Translations under genes and position numbers: made by a program
The notes under the pieces: model-generated
The model's input: the letters and a program-made list of their open reading frames with translations, nothing else
Told to the model about the DNA's origin: nothing
Database searches by the model: none
NCBI GenBank assembly: GCA_002327255.1
Contig: DCUM01000165.1
Coordinates: forward strand, 40,427 to 104,426
DNA length: 64,000 nucleotides
Direction of reading: 5' to 3'
Origin: a bacterium UBA2214
GTDB lineage: Bacteria > Zhuqueibacterota > Zhuqueibacteria > Residuimicrobiales > Residuimicrobiaceae
Part shown: positions 21,701 through 30,126 of the stretch, piece after piece
Layout: each line of letters begins with the position of its first letter
Numbering within the stretch: the first letter of the stretch is position 1

Positions 21701-21763
21701 GAGCATATAGAGCATGACAATTGCCAAGACGGCCGATAATAGAAAATGACGATGTCGAAACAT
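18713..21763 (-). CDS. TonB-dependent outer-membrane receptor (SusC/RagA-like) with an N-terminal carboxypeptidase-regulatory-like domain
   Basis: 1016 aa. Signal peptide, then SGRISGVVKDKETGEPLPGTNVLLVGTTYGAASDVNGEFYIQNIP (CarboxypepD_reg), a plug region, a long barrel, and a terminal ...RVGLYINY aromatic C-terminus. Confidence 0.85.
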   Translation of the reverse strand: MFRHRHFLLSAVLAIVMLYMLTIPGFAQTTSGRISGVVKDKETGEPLPGTNVLLVGTTYGAASDVNGEFYIQNIPVGVYTLQATFVGYATMRIENIRVRIGLTERVTVNMTPSVLQGQEITIIGERPLIEKTSTNTTRILNTEQIENLPIRGVTAAAALNPGVVTQDGVYYIRGSRGDAVGYYVEGVNTRDVVGSSGAFGISSASNMATVIPEALEEVQMQAGGYTAQYGGASGGIIASVLKSGTPDYRFSLRLETDQLATPGEKFLDTYSYGYSDYVLTASGPVPYTNKKVKFFVAGENRFDRDQSRNFWEPFTLEHNKTVLQDGQIMQLVDSGLLGGNGDTVQVLDWKGGIIPWNNQRNRYNYNGVLTYDLSKSITLRGSAIGSYIRWSGNGDPLSNLLRRERSSINEQSQMTLTTKMTHFLSPNAFYTLSLAHSGFRGKSYDPLFKDDAWSYVDSLAQAKAGFPNAFARYAQPAYALSIYDFAFAAPERPWITSLNYFKRSYVGGNLDFTVKTNRHNLTFGGEMQYWTMRSYAAPTTASSHLYLRNNPGILLNPAALEQYFISLAPNIYGYDVFGKETDGGPFFNKTPHPLIGAAYLHDIYEYKDLVINSGLRLDYYDMQTWEPKDYTNPGYDRQNNVLMESAYDKVKASVTVSPRLGFSFPVTDRTKFHFQWGKYIMMPQMTQVYRSMWNRAMNIGASGNFFTNPFAFRIDPERTTSYEVGFNQQFADNASFDVTLFYKDIKDQLQTQRVFTSPESGVQPYDITTNGGFSTSKGVEFRYTMRRVNRVMGWVNYTYQTARGTGSYVNQSSAALDQGTRQITIITPTYFNHPHSGNINLDYRFDKDDGGPILERLGLNLLFKFSSGHPYTLSGGALGQVDAQSGAAGNGSDARSRRPLEPIGSSMTPWTFYLDGRLDKTISIGKFDVNVYIYAQNLLNTKNILNVWPRTGSDIDGFLADPSLSGLKLASETGSGYKMMLQKFNDLNGQNWTIAGYPGDLWGQPREIRVGLYINY

Positions 21764-21787
21764 TTATTCCTCCATCTCCACGAATAA

Positions 21788-22480
21788 TTAGTCAATGTAG
21801 AATTTTTGGGCTGATAGCGAAGCCTTGGGATTGTAGAGAACCACCAGATTGCCCGCTCCAGCTACGGGAGAAATCTCCATTTTGTACCATTCGTTGTTGG
21901 CGCTATCCAGGAAGCGAACCGTATAGTTGTAACCGGTTCCGGGGAAATGCTTGCCCACGGTCCTGGCAAAGGCCAAAGAGGCGCTGAGGGTTTCCGTGGT
22001 GGTGGAACCGTCAGCCGTTTTGGTTTTGACTAGGTCGACTTTGAAGGATGCGTCTGGACACATCTGGGCGACAAAGATGGCCATCTGGTCCGATGGCACC
22101 GGTTTGTACAACAGATGTTCCTGGAGTCTGAGGAACCGGCTGCTGTTGGCCGCATTCTTGGTGGCGACGAAATAGGTGCCCTGGAAATCGGTGGTGACCG
22201 CCAGGGTATCAGCGGCTTCGGAACCGGCCTGAAAAGCATATCTACCAGCGTTGACGGTCTGGTAATTCGTGCCTTTTCCCGGCGCCAAAGTGCCCACACT
22301 CTTTCCATCGAATTTCACGTCCAAGCTGCCCAGGTCAGCTGCCGTATTGATGATACGAACCTTTGCCTTGAGGACCGGCATGTTAATCCCGTCGGTCGGA
22401 ATTTGCACGCAGCTTACGACAAAGATCATAAGCAGGCAAGCCGAACCGATCAGGAGTAACCTTTTCAAGCTTGATTTCAT
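21788..22480 (-). CDS. DUF4397-like lipoprotein, putative surface partner of the TonB-dependent receptor
   Basis: 230 aa, lipoprotein signal (LLMIFVVSC), repeated RxxN beta segments (VRIINTAADLGSLDV...). Immediately upstream of, and co-oriented with, the receptor gene. Confidence 0.5.
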   Translation of the reverse strand: MKSSLKRLLLIGSACLLMIFVVSCVQIPTDGINMPVLKAKVRIINTAADLGSLDVKFDGKSVGTLAPGKGTNYQTVNAGRYAFQAGSEAADTLAVTTDFQGTYFVATKNAANSSRFLRLQEHLLYKPVPSDQMAIFVAQMCPDASFKVDLVKTKTADGSTTTETLSASLAFARTVGKHFPGTGYNYTVRFLDSANNEWYKMEISPVAGAGNLVVLYNPKASLSAQKFYID

Positions 22481-23203
22481 AATCTCTTACTCTCCTCAAA
22501 TTCGTTCACTTTCTGTTCTTGAAAGGAAAACTGGCCGATGAACTCATGCGGCGTGATTTGTGAAACCTTTCACCTTCTGGTGCGTAAAACAGTCATAAAA
22601 GGTTCGATGTGTGTGACCTCCTCTTTTTTATACCTCTGGCTTGATTAAGGTTGCGTTGGTTGAACTGTCCCAATAAAAAGCATTCCTGCATATCCATGCG
22701 GGGCTTCCCATACCCATCAGCTGCACAATGATGGCAAAAACCGCATTTTCATGCAGTCGAATGTTGAATTCAATTTGATTATTTTATGATGTAAACAACT
22801 TGAGACGGGAAATTGAGCACGATCATCAGCAACACATTGACGCATGCGTTAATCCTCTTTTCCATTCAACGACCATGAATGAGAATAAGGCTTCTAGCCT
22901 GACACCTTATGGGGCCAAAATTTTCTTTTAAAAAAGTGCTGAAACGCAAATAACCGGTCAATTGGTGACAACTTTCTACTCTTTTGGGGCCATGGGAAAT
23001 CAAGATGGTTTAATTACTGCAATTACAATTAATTATAGACAGGCTGCAAATTGAAGTGCCAAAGCAATAATTATTAGTATGTTGAGGTATATATTTTAGC
23101 CAAATAAAATAATAACCTGCTCGATACCGCCCAATATAAACAAATTTGAACTCGCCGTCAAGTTTTTTTTCTCGTTTTCGTCATTAATCTTCATAACTTT
23201 ACT
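22481..23203 (-). promoter_or_regulatory. About 720 bp AT-rich non-coding leader with a candidate sigma70-type promoter
   Basis: GC drops to roughly 38 %. No ORF of 60 aa or more. On the minus strand, TTGACG-17 nt-TATATT (about 23120-23150) reads toward the DUF4397 gene. An 8-bp direct repeat TGGGGCCA occurs at about 22906 and 22985. A GGAGAG RBS precedes the ATG at 22480. Confidence 0.4.
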
Positions 23204-23788
23204 TCACCGCAAATACCCCGTTATATTCCTCCACAGCGCCTCCTTACCCGCTTTGGTATGGGCTGAAAACGCCAGCAGAGTCTCCAGATCAAAGCCCGGC
23301 TGCGCATGCCGCAATTCTTCCAGGCGTTTGCGCAACTGCTGATTCGACAATTTATCGGCTTTGGTAGCCACCACCACATACGCCATCCCCTGCGTCCGCA
23401 GCCACGCCAGCAGCTGTAAATCCAGTTCCGAGAGCGCGTGGCGGATGTCGACCAGCACCACCACCAGGCGTAGTGATTCCGAGACGCCGAGATAGGTCTC
23501 GATCAGGCCCTGCCACGCCTGACGCAGGGTCCGGGAGGATTTGGCATAGCCATATCCCGGCAGATCGACAAAGTAAAATTGCTGATTGATGAGATAAAAA
23601 TTGAGGGTTTGCGTTTTGCCGGGCGTGGCGCTGACATAGGCCAGGCGCAGGCGATTGACGAGGGCGTTGAGCAGACTCGATTTGCCGACATTGGAGCGCC
23701 CGGCAAAGGCGATCTGGGGCAAGCGGTCGCGCGGCAAGTCTTCAACCCGGGCCACGCACCGGGCAAATTCAACCGAGGTGATCTTCAT
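23204..23788 (-). CDS. engB: Ribosome-biogenesis GTPase YsxC/EngB
   Basis: G1 GRSNVGKSSLLNAL, G3 DLPGYG, G4 TKADK. Start set to the ATG at 23786-23788 (MKITSVEF), preceded by a GGGAG RBS. Confidence 0.85.
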   Translation of the reverse strand: MKITSVEFARCVARVEDLPRDRLPQIAFAGRSNVGKSSLLNALVNRLRLAYVSATPGKTQTLNFYLINQQFYFVDLPGYGYAKSSRTLRQAWQGLIETYLGVSESLRLVVVLVDIRHALSELDLQLLAWLRTQGMAYVVVATKADKLSNQQLRKRLEELRHAQPGFDLETLLAFSAHTKAGKEALWRNITGYLR

Positions 23789-23849
23789 GGTCGCTCCCGA
23801 GTACAGCACAGAAAGTGTGCTGTATCATTTTCTCTGCACTTGCGGCCTG

Positions 23850-25124
23850 TTACGCCGCGGATTCCACAGAGTCCTTATCCGCGGCAGCGGTTTTGCGCCG
23901 CTTGAAGACCGGCTCCCCCTGCTTCTTCACCACAGCGGCGGTGATGCGGCAAGCGCTGATCTCCTTGCGCGACGGCAGCTGATACATGATCGACAGCATG
24001 GTCTCTTCCATGACCGAACGCAGGCCGCGCGCTCCGGCGCGCCGTTTCCGGGCGATGCGCACGATCTCGCGCAACGCCTCCTCCTCGAACTCCAACTCCA
24101 CCTCATCCAGCGCCAATAACTTGACATACTGCCGCGTCAGGGCGTTTTTGGGCTCGGTGAGGATTTTCAGCAAAGCCTCGTCATCGAGTTCATCCAGCGT
24201 GCACAGCACCGGCAAGCGGCCGGCGAGTTCCGGGATCAAGCCGAATTGCAGCAAGTCCTCCGGCTCCACCTGGTGCAGGATGGTGCTGATTTGCGTCTTT
24301 TCGTTCCTGTTCTCGGCGCCGAAGCCAAACGATTTTTTATCGAGACGGCTGCCGATCAGCTTCTCCAGCGACTCGAAGGCGCCCCCGCAGATGAAGAGGA
24401 TATTCTGGGTGTTGATGTTGATGAATTCCATCTCCGGATGCTTGCGGCCGCCTTTGGGGGGGACCGATGCCACGGTGCCTTCGAGAATTTTCAGCAGCGC
24501 CTGCTGCACGCCCTCTCCGGAGACGTCCCGGGTGATGGAGGGGTTGCCGCTCTTGCGAGCGATCTTGTCCAGTTCATCGATGTAGACGATGCCGCGTTCG
24601 GCGCGTTCGAGATTGTAGTCGGCCGCCTGCAGCAATCGCACCAGGATATTTTCCACATCCTCGCCGACATAGCCCGCTTCGGTCAGCGTGGTGGCGTCGG
24701 CAATGGTGAAGGGCACCTGGAGAAAACGCGCCAGCGTCTGCGCGATGAGCGTCTTGCCGGTCCCGGTCGGACCGATCAGCAGCACATTGCTTTTTTCCAG
24801 GAGGACGTCATCGCTGATGGCCGCATGGTCGATGCGTTTATAGTGGTTGTAGACCGCCACCGCCACGGTTTCCTTGGCACGCTCCTGTCCGATGACAAAG
24901 CGATCCAGCTCCGTCTTGATCTGTTCCGGGGTTGGAATGGGCCCCAGCGCCGTGGTGCTGCGCCGCGATTTTTCGCGCGCAACGATCTTGTCCGCGATGG
25001 CCACGCATTCGTTGCAGATGGTCACATCGGGACCGGTCACGATGGTTTCGACCTGCTGGCTGTTTTTGCCGCAGAACGAACAGATCACCAGACGGCGGTT
25101 GCCTTTATTGCGCTGATCTATCAT
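23850..25124 (-). CDS. clpX: ATP-dependent Clp protease ATP-binding subunit ClpX
   Basis: N-terminal zinc-binding CSFCGK...ICNECV, Walker [19 protein letters not shown], Walker [11 protein letters not shown]. Confidence 0.9.
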   Translation of the reverse strand: MIDQRNKGNRRLVICSFCGKNSQQVETIVTGPDVTICNECVAIADKIVAREKSRRSTTALGPIPTPEQIKTELDRFVIGQERAKETVAVAVYNHYKRIDHAAISDDVLLEKSNVLLIGPTGTGKTLIAQTLARFLQVPFTIADATTLTEAGYVGEDVENILVRLLQAADYNLERAERGIVYIDELDKIARKSGNPSITRDVSGEGVQQALLKILEGTVASVPPKGGRKHPEMEFININTQNILFICGGAFESLEKLIGSRLDKKSFGFGAENRNEKTQISTILHQVEPEDLLQFGLIPELAGRLPVLCTLDELDDEALLKILTEPKNALTRQYVKLLALDEVELEFEEEALREIVRIARKRRAGARGLRSVMEETMLSIMYQLPSRKEISACRITAAVVKKQGEPVFKRRKTAAADKDSVESAA

Positions 25125-25139
25125 AGCGATGCCACCCTC

Positions 25140-25748
25140 TTATTTGGCCTTTTTGGTTTTGTGGCCGTCTTTGCGAATCATCAGTTCATCGATGATGCCA
25201 TAGGTTTTGGCTTCCTCGGCGCTCATAAAAAAATTGCGATCCGTATCCTTGACGATCCGCTCCAGCGGTTGTCCGCTATGGCTGGCGAGAATTTCGTTGA
25301 GTTTCTGGCGGATGACGAGAATTTCCCTGGTCTGTATTTCGATATCGGTCGCCTGGCCTTGCGCGCCGCCCATGGGCTGGTGGATCATGATGCGGGAATG
25401 GGGCAGGGCAAAGCGCTTGCCTTTGGCGCCGGCGGCCAGCAGCAGGGCGCCCATGCTCGAGGCCTGGCCGATGCAGATGGTGGAGACATCCGGTTTGATG
25501 TGCTGCATGGTATCGTAGATGGCCAGGCCCGAACTGACCAGGCCGCCCGGACTGTTGATATAGAGATAGACATCCTTTTCAGGATCTTCGGCGTCGAGAA
25601 AGAGCAACTGCGCGATGGCCAGGCTGGCCACCGTGTCATCGATGGCGCTGCCCAGAAAGATGATGCGCTCCTTGAGCAGGCGCGAAAAAATATCATAGGC
25701 GCGTTCGCCGCGGCCGGTCTGTTCTATGACGATTGGTACGAGTCCCAT
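25140..25748 (-). CDS. clpP: ATP-dependent Clp protease proteolytic subunit ClpP
   Basis: Catalytic Ser block [17 protein letters not shown] and His block [13 protein letters not shown], immediately upstream of clpX. Confidence 0.9.
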   Translation of the reverse strand: MGLVPIVIEQTGRGERAYDIFSRLLKERIIFLGSAIDDTVASLAIAQLLFLDAEDPEKDVYLYINSPGGLVSSGLAIYDTMQHIKPDVSTICIGQASSMGALLLAAGAKGKRFALPHSRIMIHQPMGGAQGQATDIEIQTREILVIRQKLNEILASHSGQPLERIVKDTDRNFFMSAEEAKTYGIIDELMIRKDGHKTKKAK

Positions 25749-25996
25749 GATTTCTCCTGATTTTCATGATGTATAACCCATTGCGGGAGGCCTGTGCAGG
25801 GGTCTTTGATGCCGCCCTGGAATACCCGAGCACATCCATATGGCTCGGCGACCTGCATCCGCCCTCCGCACAGGGTGTCGGCAAATGTTCTGTGGTCCTT
25901 GCCCACGCAGCGGGTTGCCCCCGGGTTGGGTTGGCGCCCCACTGAAAAACCGCCTGGGGCTTGTCTGGCGACAAGGCCCGGCGCAAACCCCTCCTT

Positions 25997-27289
25997 CTAT
26001 TCAGACTGGGCGTTCTCTTCCTTCTCCGGATAGAGCGGCTTGTGGAGCTCGGTGATTTTGGCCTGTGCGATCAGGAACGCCTGAACCTTCTCGTCCTCCA
26101 TCTCATCGCGCAGGCGTTCGCGCTGCTCTTTGCTGTTGCGAATCTCTTCGGCGCGTTTGACAGCTTCCCCATCCCCGGCAGCCACTTCCCGGAGTCGCGC
26201 TTCCAGTTCTTCGTCGCTGATGGTCAATTGCAATTGTTGCACCAGTTGCTCGCGAATGAGATACCACTTGACATTGCGGACCGCGGAGACGCGGTAATAG
26301 GCGCGCAGATCGTCATCGGCCACCGCCTCTTTGCTTTTCTTCTTGAACTCGCTCACCAGCAATTCGACATAGTTATCCACCATGGAGGCCGGCGCCTCGA
26401 GGTCGACGCGTTTGACCAATTCATCGATCAGCGCGTGCTCGAAGCGCGAGCGCGTCTCCATCCCGGCCTGCGCCTGCAGCCGGGTGAGAATGTCCTGGCG
26501 CAGTTCCGCCATCGTGGTGAAAGCGCCCAAATCCCTGGCAAATTCATCATCCAGTTCCGGCAGCCTTCTCTCCTTGATCTCCTTGACGGTGACCTGGAAA
26601 TACTTCTCCTCAGCCTGGGTACCCTTTTCGGCATCTGCCGGCAGCGGGAACCTGACGCGGCGCTCTTCACCCGCACGAACGCCAACCAGCTGGGATGTAA
26701 TCTCCGGACGCTCTTCCTGAAGCCACAAGACCTCATTCTCATAGCGCTTGCCCACCACGGGGATGCCGCTGCCATCGACTTCCTGCATGTCGGCGACCAC
26801 AAAGTGTCCCGCCCGGGCTTCGCCCTCGACCGTAAAGATCATGGCATGGCGCGTTTGCAGGGTTTTCAGGGTGCGGTCGACATCCGTTTCGGATACCGTC
26901 AGGATCTCCTTTTCCACTTCCATCCCTTTGTACCCGGCGACTTCAAAAACCGGGCGCACATCGAAATGGATGGCGAAAGTCAATCCATTGCTCTCATCAA
27001 ATTGCAGGTCCCGCACTTCGGGGGTATTGATGGTGTCGAACTCGTTTTCCTTGAAGAGGCGATCGTAGGCTTCGCGGATGTAGGGATGAAAGATTTCGGA
27101 CTCGATGGTCTTGCCGAACATTTTTTTGACCAGATGGGCGGGAACGCGGCCTTTGCGGAATCCCTCCAATTTCACCGATTTGCCATAGTGTTCGTATTTC
27201 CGGTCGAGCTGGGGTTTGACGAGCTCCGCGGGCACCTTGAATTCCGCACAGCGGTGCCAATTGGGTTGTGCGCTAATTTGATATTCCAA
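25997..27289 (-). CDS. tig: Trigger factor (ribosome-associated PPIase chaperone)
   Basis: 430 aa. Ribosome-binding motif GFRKGRVPAHLVKKMFG, and the canonical tig-clpP-clpX gene order. Confidence 0.85.
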   Translation of the reverse strand: MEYQISAQPNWHRCAEFKVPAELVKPQLDRKYEHYGKSVKLEGFRKGRVPAHLVKKMFGKTIESEIFHPYIREAYDRLFKENEFDTINTPEVRDLQFDESNGLTFAIHFDVRPVFEVAGYKGMEVEKEILTVSETDVDRTLKTLQTRHAMIFTVEGEARAGHFVVADMQEVDGSGIPVVGKRYENEVLWLQEERPEITSQLVGVRAGEERRVRFPLPADAEKGTQAEEKYFQVTVKEIKERRLPELDDEFARDLGAFTTMAELRQDILTRLQAQAGMETRSRFEHALIDELVKRVDLEAPASMVDNYVELLVSEFKKKSKEAVADDDLRAYYRVSAVRNVKWYLIREQLVQQLQLTISDEELEARLREVAAGDGEAVKRAEEIRNSKEQRERLRDEMEDEKVQAFLIAQAKITELHKPLYPEKEENAQSE

Positions 27290-27438
27290 GCGTTGATCCT
27301 TTATATGGTTGAGTGCATCCGTTTCAAGACCATCCCGAACACATCCCGTCGAAAAAAAATCGCCGGATGCCAGTTGGACGCATACGACGACAGGATTGAA
27401 CCGTCAACGGCATCGGCCGGCGCCACGACGGGATGGGG

Positions 27439-27521
27439 TGCGAGAGGGGGGACTCGAACCCCCAAGTCCTTGGGACACCAGATCCTAAGTCTGGCGCGTC
27501 TGCCAATTCCGCCACTCTCGC
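27439..27521 (-). tRNA. tRNA-Leu (anticodon TAG), long variable arm
   Basis: Reverse complement folds as a cloverleaf: acceptor GCGAGAG/CTCTCGC, D-arm GCG-GAATTGGCAGA-CGC, anticodon stem CCAGA/TCTGG with loop CTTAGGA (anticodon TAG), a 14-nt variable arm, T-arm GGGGG-TTCGAGT-CCCCC, discriminator A. Confidence 0.8.
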
Positions 27522-27585
27522 CGCAAACATGGAGTTTAATATAAAAATTTTACCCTTCAAAGTCAATCGCTTTTTCCGCACTCCT

Positions 27586-29646
27586 TCAGCGATTGATCAC
27601 CCGGACGTTGCGCGGCGGCGCCGGCGGGGTGACATCGATATCCGGACTCTGCCCGAGGAAACGGAATCGCATGGCATCGGCGATCACAGCGCCATCGGCG
27701 CCGCTGTTGCTGATCCTGACCGCGGCGCCACGGCCCGCCGGCAAAAAAACCACCCCGAGACGGTTCCAGCGGCCGAGATCGATACGCTGGTTGATGGTTC
27801 CGGAAGATTTCACCTGTCCGCTGACCACAATCTCCCAGGGCACATTGCCGGCTTCCTGGACGCTCCCCGCGCTGCCGCCCACCCAGCCATGCCACTCGCT
27901 GATTTCATAATACCCGGCGACACCGATGAACGGCGTGAAGGTGGCCGTGGCGGGTGATGCCGGGTTGTAGGCAGCGGCATAGCCGATGCCATCCTCGCTG
28001 TCATCGCTCCATTGCGAATAGCAGGGATTCCGCGTCGCATCGTAGGTTTCCGAGGAGGGATCCTTGATCTGTGTCCAGGCCCCCTGCAACACCACCGCAT
28101 CACTGGCCGGCGAAGTGTCGTTGTTGTAGCAATTACCCACGATGATATCGGAGACCACTGTATCCGGTGAAGAGACCAGGATGATCCCGTCGCCTTTGAT
28201 GTATTTGGGGGGCTCGGCCGCCGTGCCCTGCAGGGTGACATTGGTGAAGCGTTCGCCGTTATTGAACACCGGGTCCTGGCCGCCGAGCAGGCGGTGATAG
28301 GGACCGGCGTAGCCGCTGAGACTGCGCAGATGGGCGTCTTCGACGGTGATTGTGTTGCCGGTGGGATTACAGACCGCCACGCCGCGTTGAAAAAATCGCG
28401 CCCAGCCACCATTGCTCATCTTCTGCGGCGCGGAAACAGGCGTGCCGAGATCACAATCGAATTCATCATAATAGAGCGAGATATAATAATAATCGCCAAA
28501 GGTGCGGCCGTAGTACCCGCCCCCCATCAGCGCGGTCGTGAGCCCGTAGCGCATGTAGGCAAATTTGTTCTTGGCATAGGCGCGACGGTGCTCCGGATCG
28601 TAATCCTCGATCATGGTGTAAACCGGCGCGTGGGCCTCTTCCCAGAGCCGGTTGACCCGTACCATCTCCTCCCAGGTGGAGGCGAAACGCATGAAACCTT
28701 CCCACATCATGCCGTCACAGAGCGCAATGCCGTAATTTTCCTCCGCGGCGCCGGTGTTGGTGGCGATGACCGCGGGTTTGCCGGGATTGACCTGTAACAG
28801 CTTCTCCCGCTCATACTTGAGCATTTTGTCGACACCATCCGCCCACTGCGCATTGACCCATTTGAGTCCGTGCTCGGCGAAATCATCGACGCGGTTGTAA
28901 TCCAGATCGATGCCGCCCGATATATCCTCACGCCAGAAGGCGAAACGGAAGGCATCGTAAAAAACGCCGTCGAACCGGCTGAAATCCTGTTTGCTGATCT
29001 CGAAGCGTTTGTCGATGAAATGTTTCCACACCGGGATGCCCCCGACCAGCGGTGCGAAGGGCGTGATATTGTGCAGCATGCCGAAACCGACAAAACGCAC
29101 CGGCGTTTTGAGCGAGTCGTTCAGCGGATGGATGCGGTGCAGGGAAAGATCGCCGGAGGTGATGACACCCACAAAACTCGTGTCGGTGACATCGTTATAA
29201 ATGAACCATTCATCGCCGCCGATCATGGCAAAGCGATATTTATCCGCGCGCGTCGGGAAGCCAGCGGTCGAGGTCACGAATATCTCCGTATCGCCCGGTT
29301 TTGCCTCCCGCGTCAGGCGCGGCATCTGCGGCCGGTAGACAAAACATGCGGGGGGGAAACTGCCGGGCCAAACGCCCTGGCGGCTGGTACCGAGAATGAC
29401 GATATGGGGGTTGAGGGCGCGGATGGCGTCATTGAGGGCATACGCATGCGGGCCGGCGCCCCCATGGATGGCCAGATCGTAACGCGCCATAAAGTGTTCA
29501 ATCGCACCCCCGGAGATGCCGGCTGGCCGCTGAAACATGATTTTCGGATAGCTGTCGAAGGCCGCGCCACTCCACGCTGCCCAGGTCCATACCAGGAGCA
29601 GCAGTGCAATGCCCCTCCAGTTGTGCTTGTTGTTGCCGTGTTTCAC
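27586..29646 (-). CDS. Secreted protein with a putative glycoside-hydrolase-like TIM-barrel domain and a C-terminal beta-sandwich region
   Basis: 686 aa with a signal peptide (LLLLVWTWAAWSGAA). Central region rich in conserved D/E/W/Y residues as in GH-like families. C-terminal segment ISNSGADGAVIADAMRF resembles carbohydrate-binding or autoinhibitory modules. No firm family call. Confidence 0.45.
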   Translation of the reverse strand: MKHGNNKHNWRGIALLLLVWTWAAWSGAAFDSYPKIMFQRPAGISGGAIEHFMARYDLAIHGGAGPHAYALNDAIRALNPHIVILGTSRQGVWPGSFPPACFVYRPQMPRLTREAKPGDTEIFVTSTAGFPTRADKYRFAMIGGDEWFIYNDVTDTSFVGVITSGDLSLHRIHPLNDSLKTPVRFVGFGMLHNITPFAPLVGGIPVWKHFIDKRFEISKQDFSRFDGVFYDAFRFAFWREDISGGIDLDYNRVDDFAEHGLKWVNAQWADGVDKMLKYEREKLLQVNPGKPAVIATNTGAAEENYGIALCDGMMWEGFMRFASTWEEMVRVNRLWEEAHAPVYTMIEDYDPEHRRAYAKNKFAYMRYGLTTALMGGGYYGRTFGDYYYISLYYDEFDCDLGTPVSAPQKMSNGGWARFFQRGVAVCNPTGNTITVEDAHLRSLSGYAGPYHRLLGGQDPVFNNGERFTNVTLQGTAAEPPKYIKGDGIILVSSPDTVVSDIIVGNCYNNDTSPASDAVVLQGAWTQIKDPSSETYDATRNPCYSQWSDDSEDGIGYAAAYNPASPATATFTPFIGVAGYYEISEWHGWVGGSAGSVQEAGNVPWEIVVSGQVKSSGTINQRIDLGRWNRLGVVFLPAGRGAAVRISNSGADGAVIADAMRFRFLGQSPDIDVTPPAPPRNVRVINR

Positions 29647-29822
29647 CGTATACCTCCCATCCCTTCCGTATTGATTGATTCACAAACACAAGGCCACAGA
29701 GTATATGAAACGAATCGTTTAGCCCGGATGATTCATAAACCTGATAATATAAGGCCCAATATAGTATAACCGTATGATAAAGATCAATATTTCATAACGT
29801 TATACTGTTTCGAACGCATTAA

Positions 29823-29919
29823 GGCACAAAGCACACCAGGGGCACAAAGAAGCAAATTACCCGACTTTTACAATGCTTCCAAAACCTCGCTCCACGCCAT
29901 TCTTCGTGCCTTTGTGGCC
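29823..29919. promoter_or_regulatory. Repeated 9-mer (GGCACAAAG x2 direct, GCCACAAAGG inverted) plus an AGTATAAC/GTTATACT inverted repeat, upstream of the GH-like gene
   Basis: GGCACAAAG at 29823 and 29841. Reverse complement of 29908-29919 is GGCCACAAAGGC. The 8-bp inverted repeat is at 29763-29805. The 480-bp gap 29647-30126 is AT-rich. Confidence 0.3.
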
Positions 29920-30126
29920 TCGCGGGTGTGTTACTGACTTTTTGCGACAGCCCTCTATCATTGATTTATTGTCTGTTAACTTGCTTTGCTGTGCTGCCTT
30001 GCGGCACGGTGACTGCTAAATCTGGCGCAATCTGTCGCAAAGCAACATGGCCAGATTCAACCGTAAAATCCCTGTTTTGCAATGGGCTGGCGCCAAGAAA
30101 GCAGATGGCCCCGGCCCGCGTTTGCC

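Noticed and set aside
18794-21739. 981-aa plus-strand ORF
   Set aside because: It lies exactly antisense to the TonB-dependent receptor gene. The translation is low-complexity and rich in Gly, Ala, Arg and Asp, as expected for a GC-rich shadow frame, whereas the minus-strand frame carries clear receptor motifs.
22906-22997. Possible inverted repeat around TGGGGCCA motifs (transposon-end-like?)
   Set aside because: On checking, the two copies are direct, not inverted: GGGGCC and GGCCCC are not complementary. No transposase or target duplication is nearby.
24246-27544. Long plus-strand ORFs (504 aa and 527 aa) over the clpX/clpP/tig region
   Set aside because: Antisense to strongly supported clpX, clpP and tig genes. 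GC-rich third-position bias keeps the reverse frames open.
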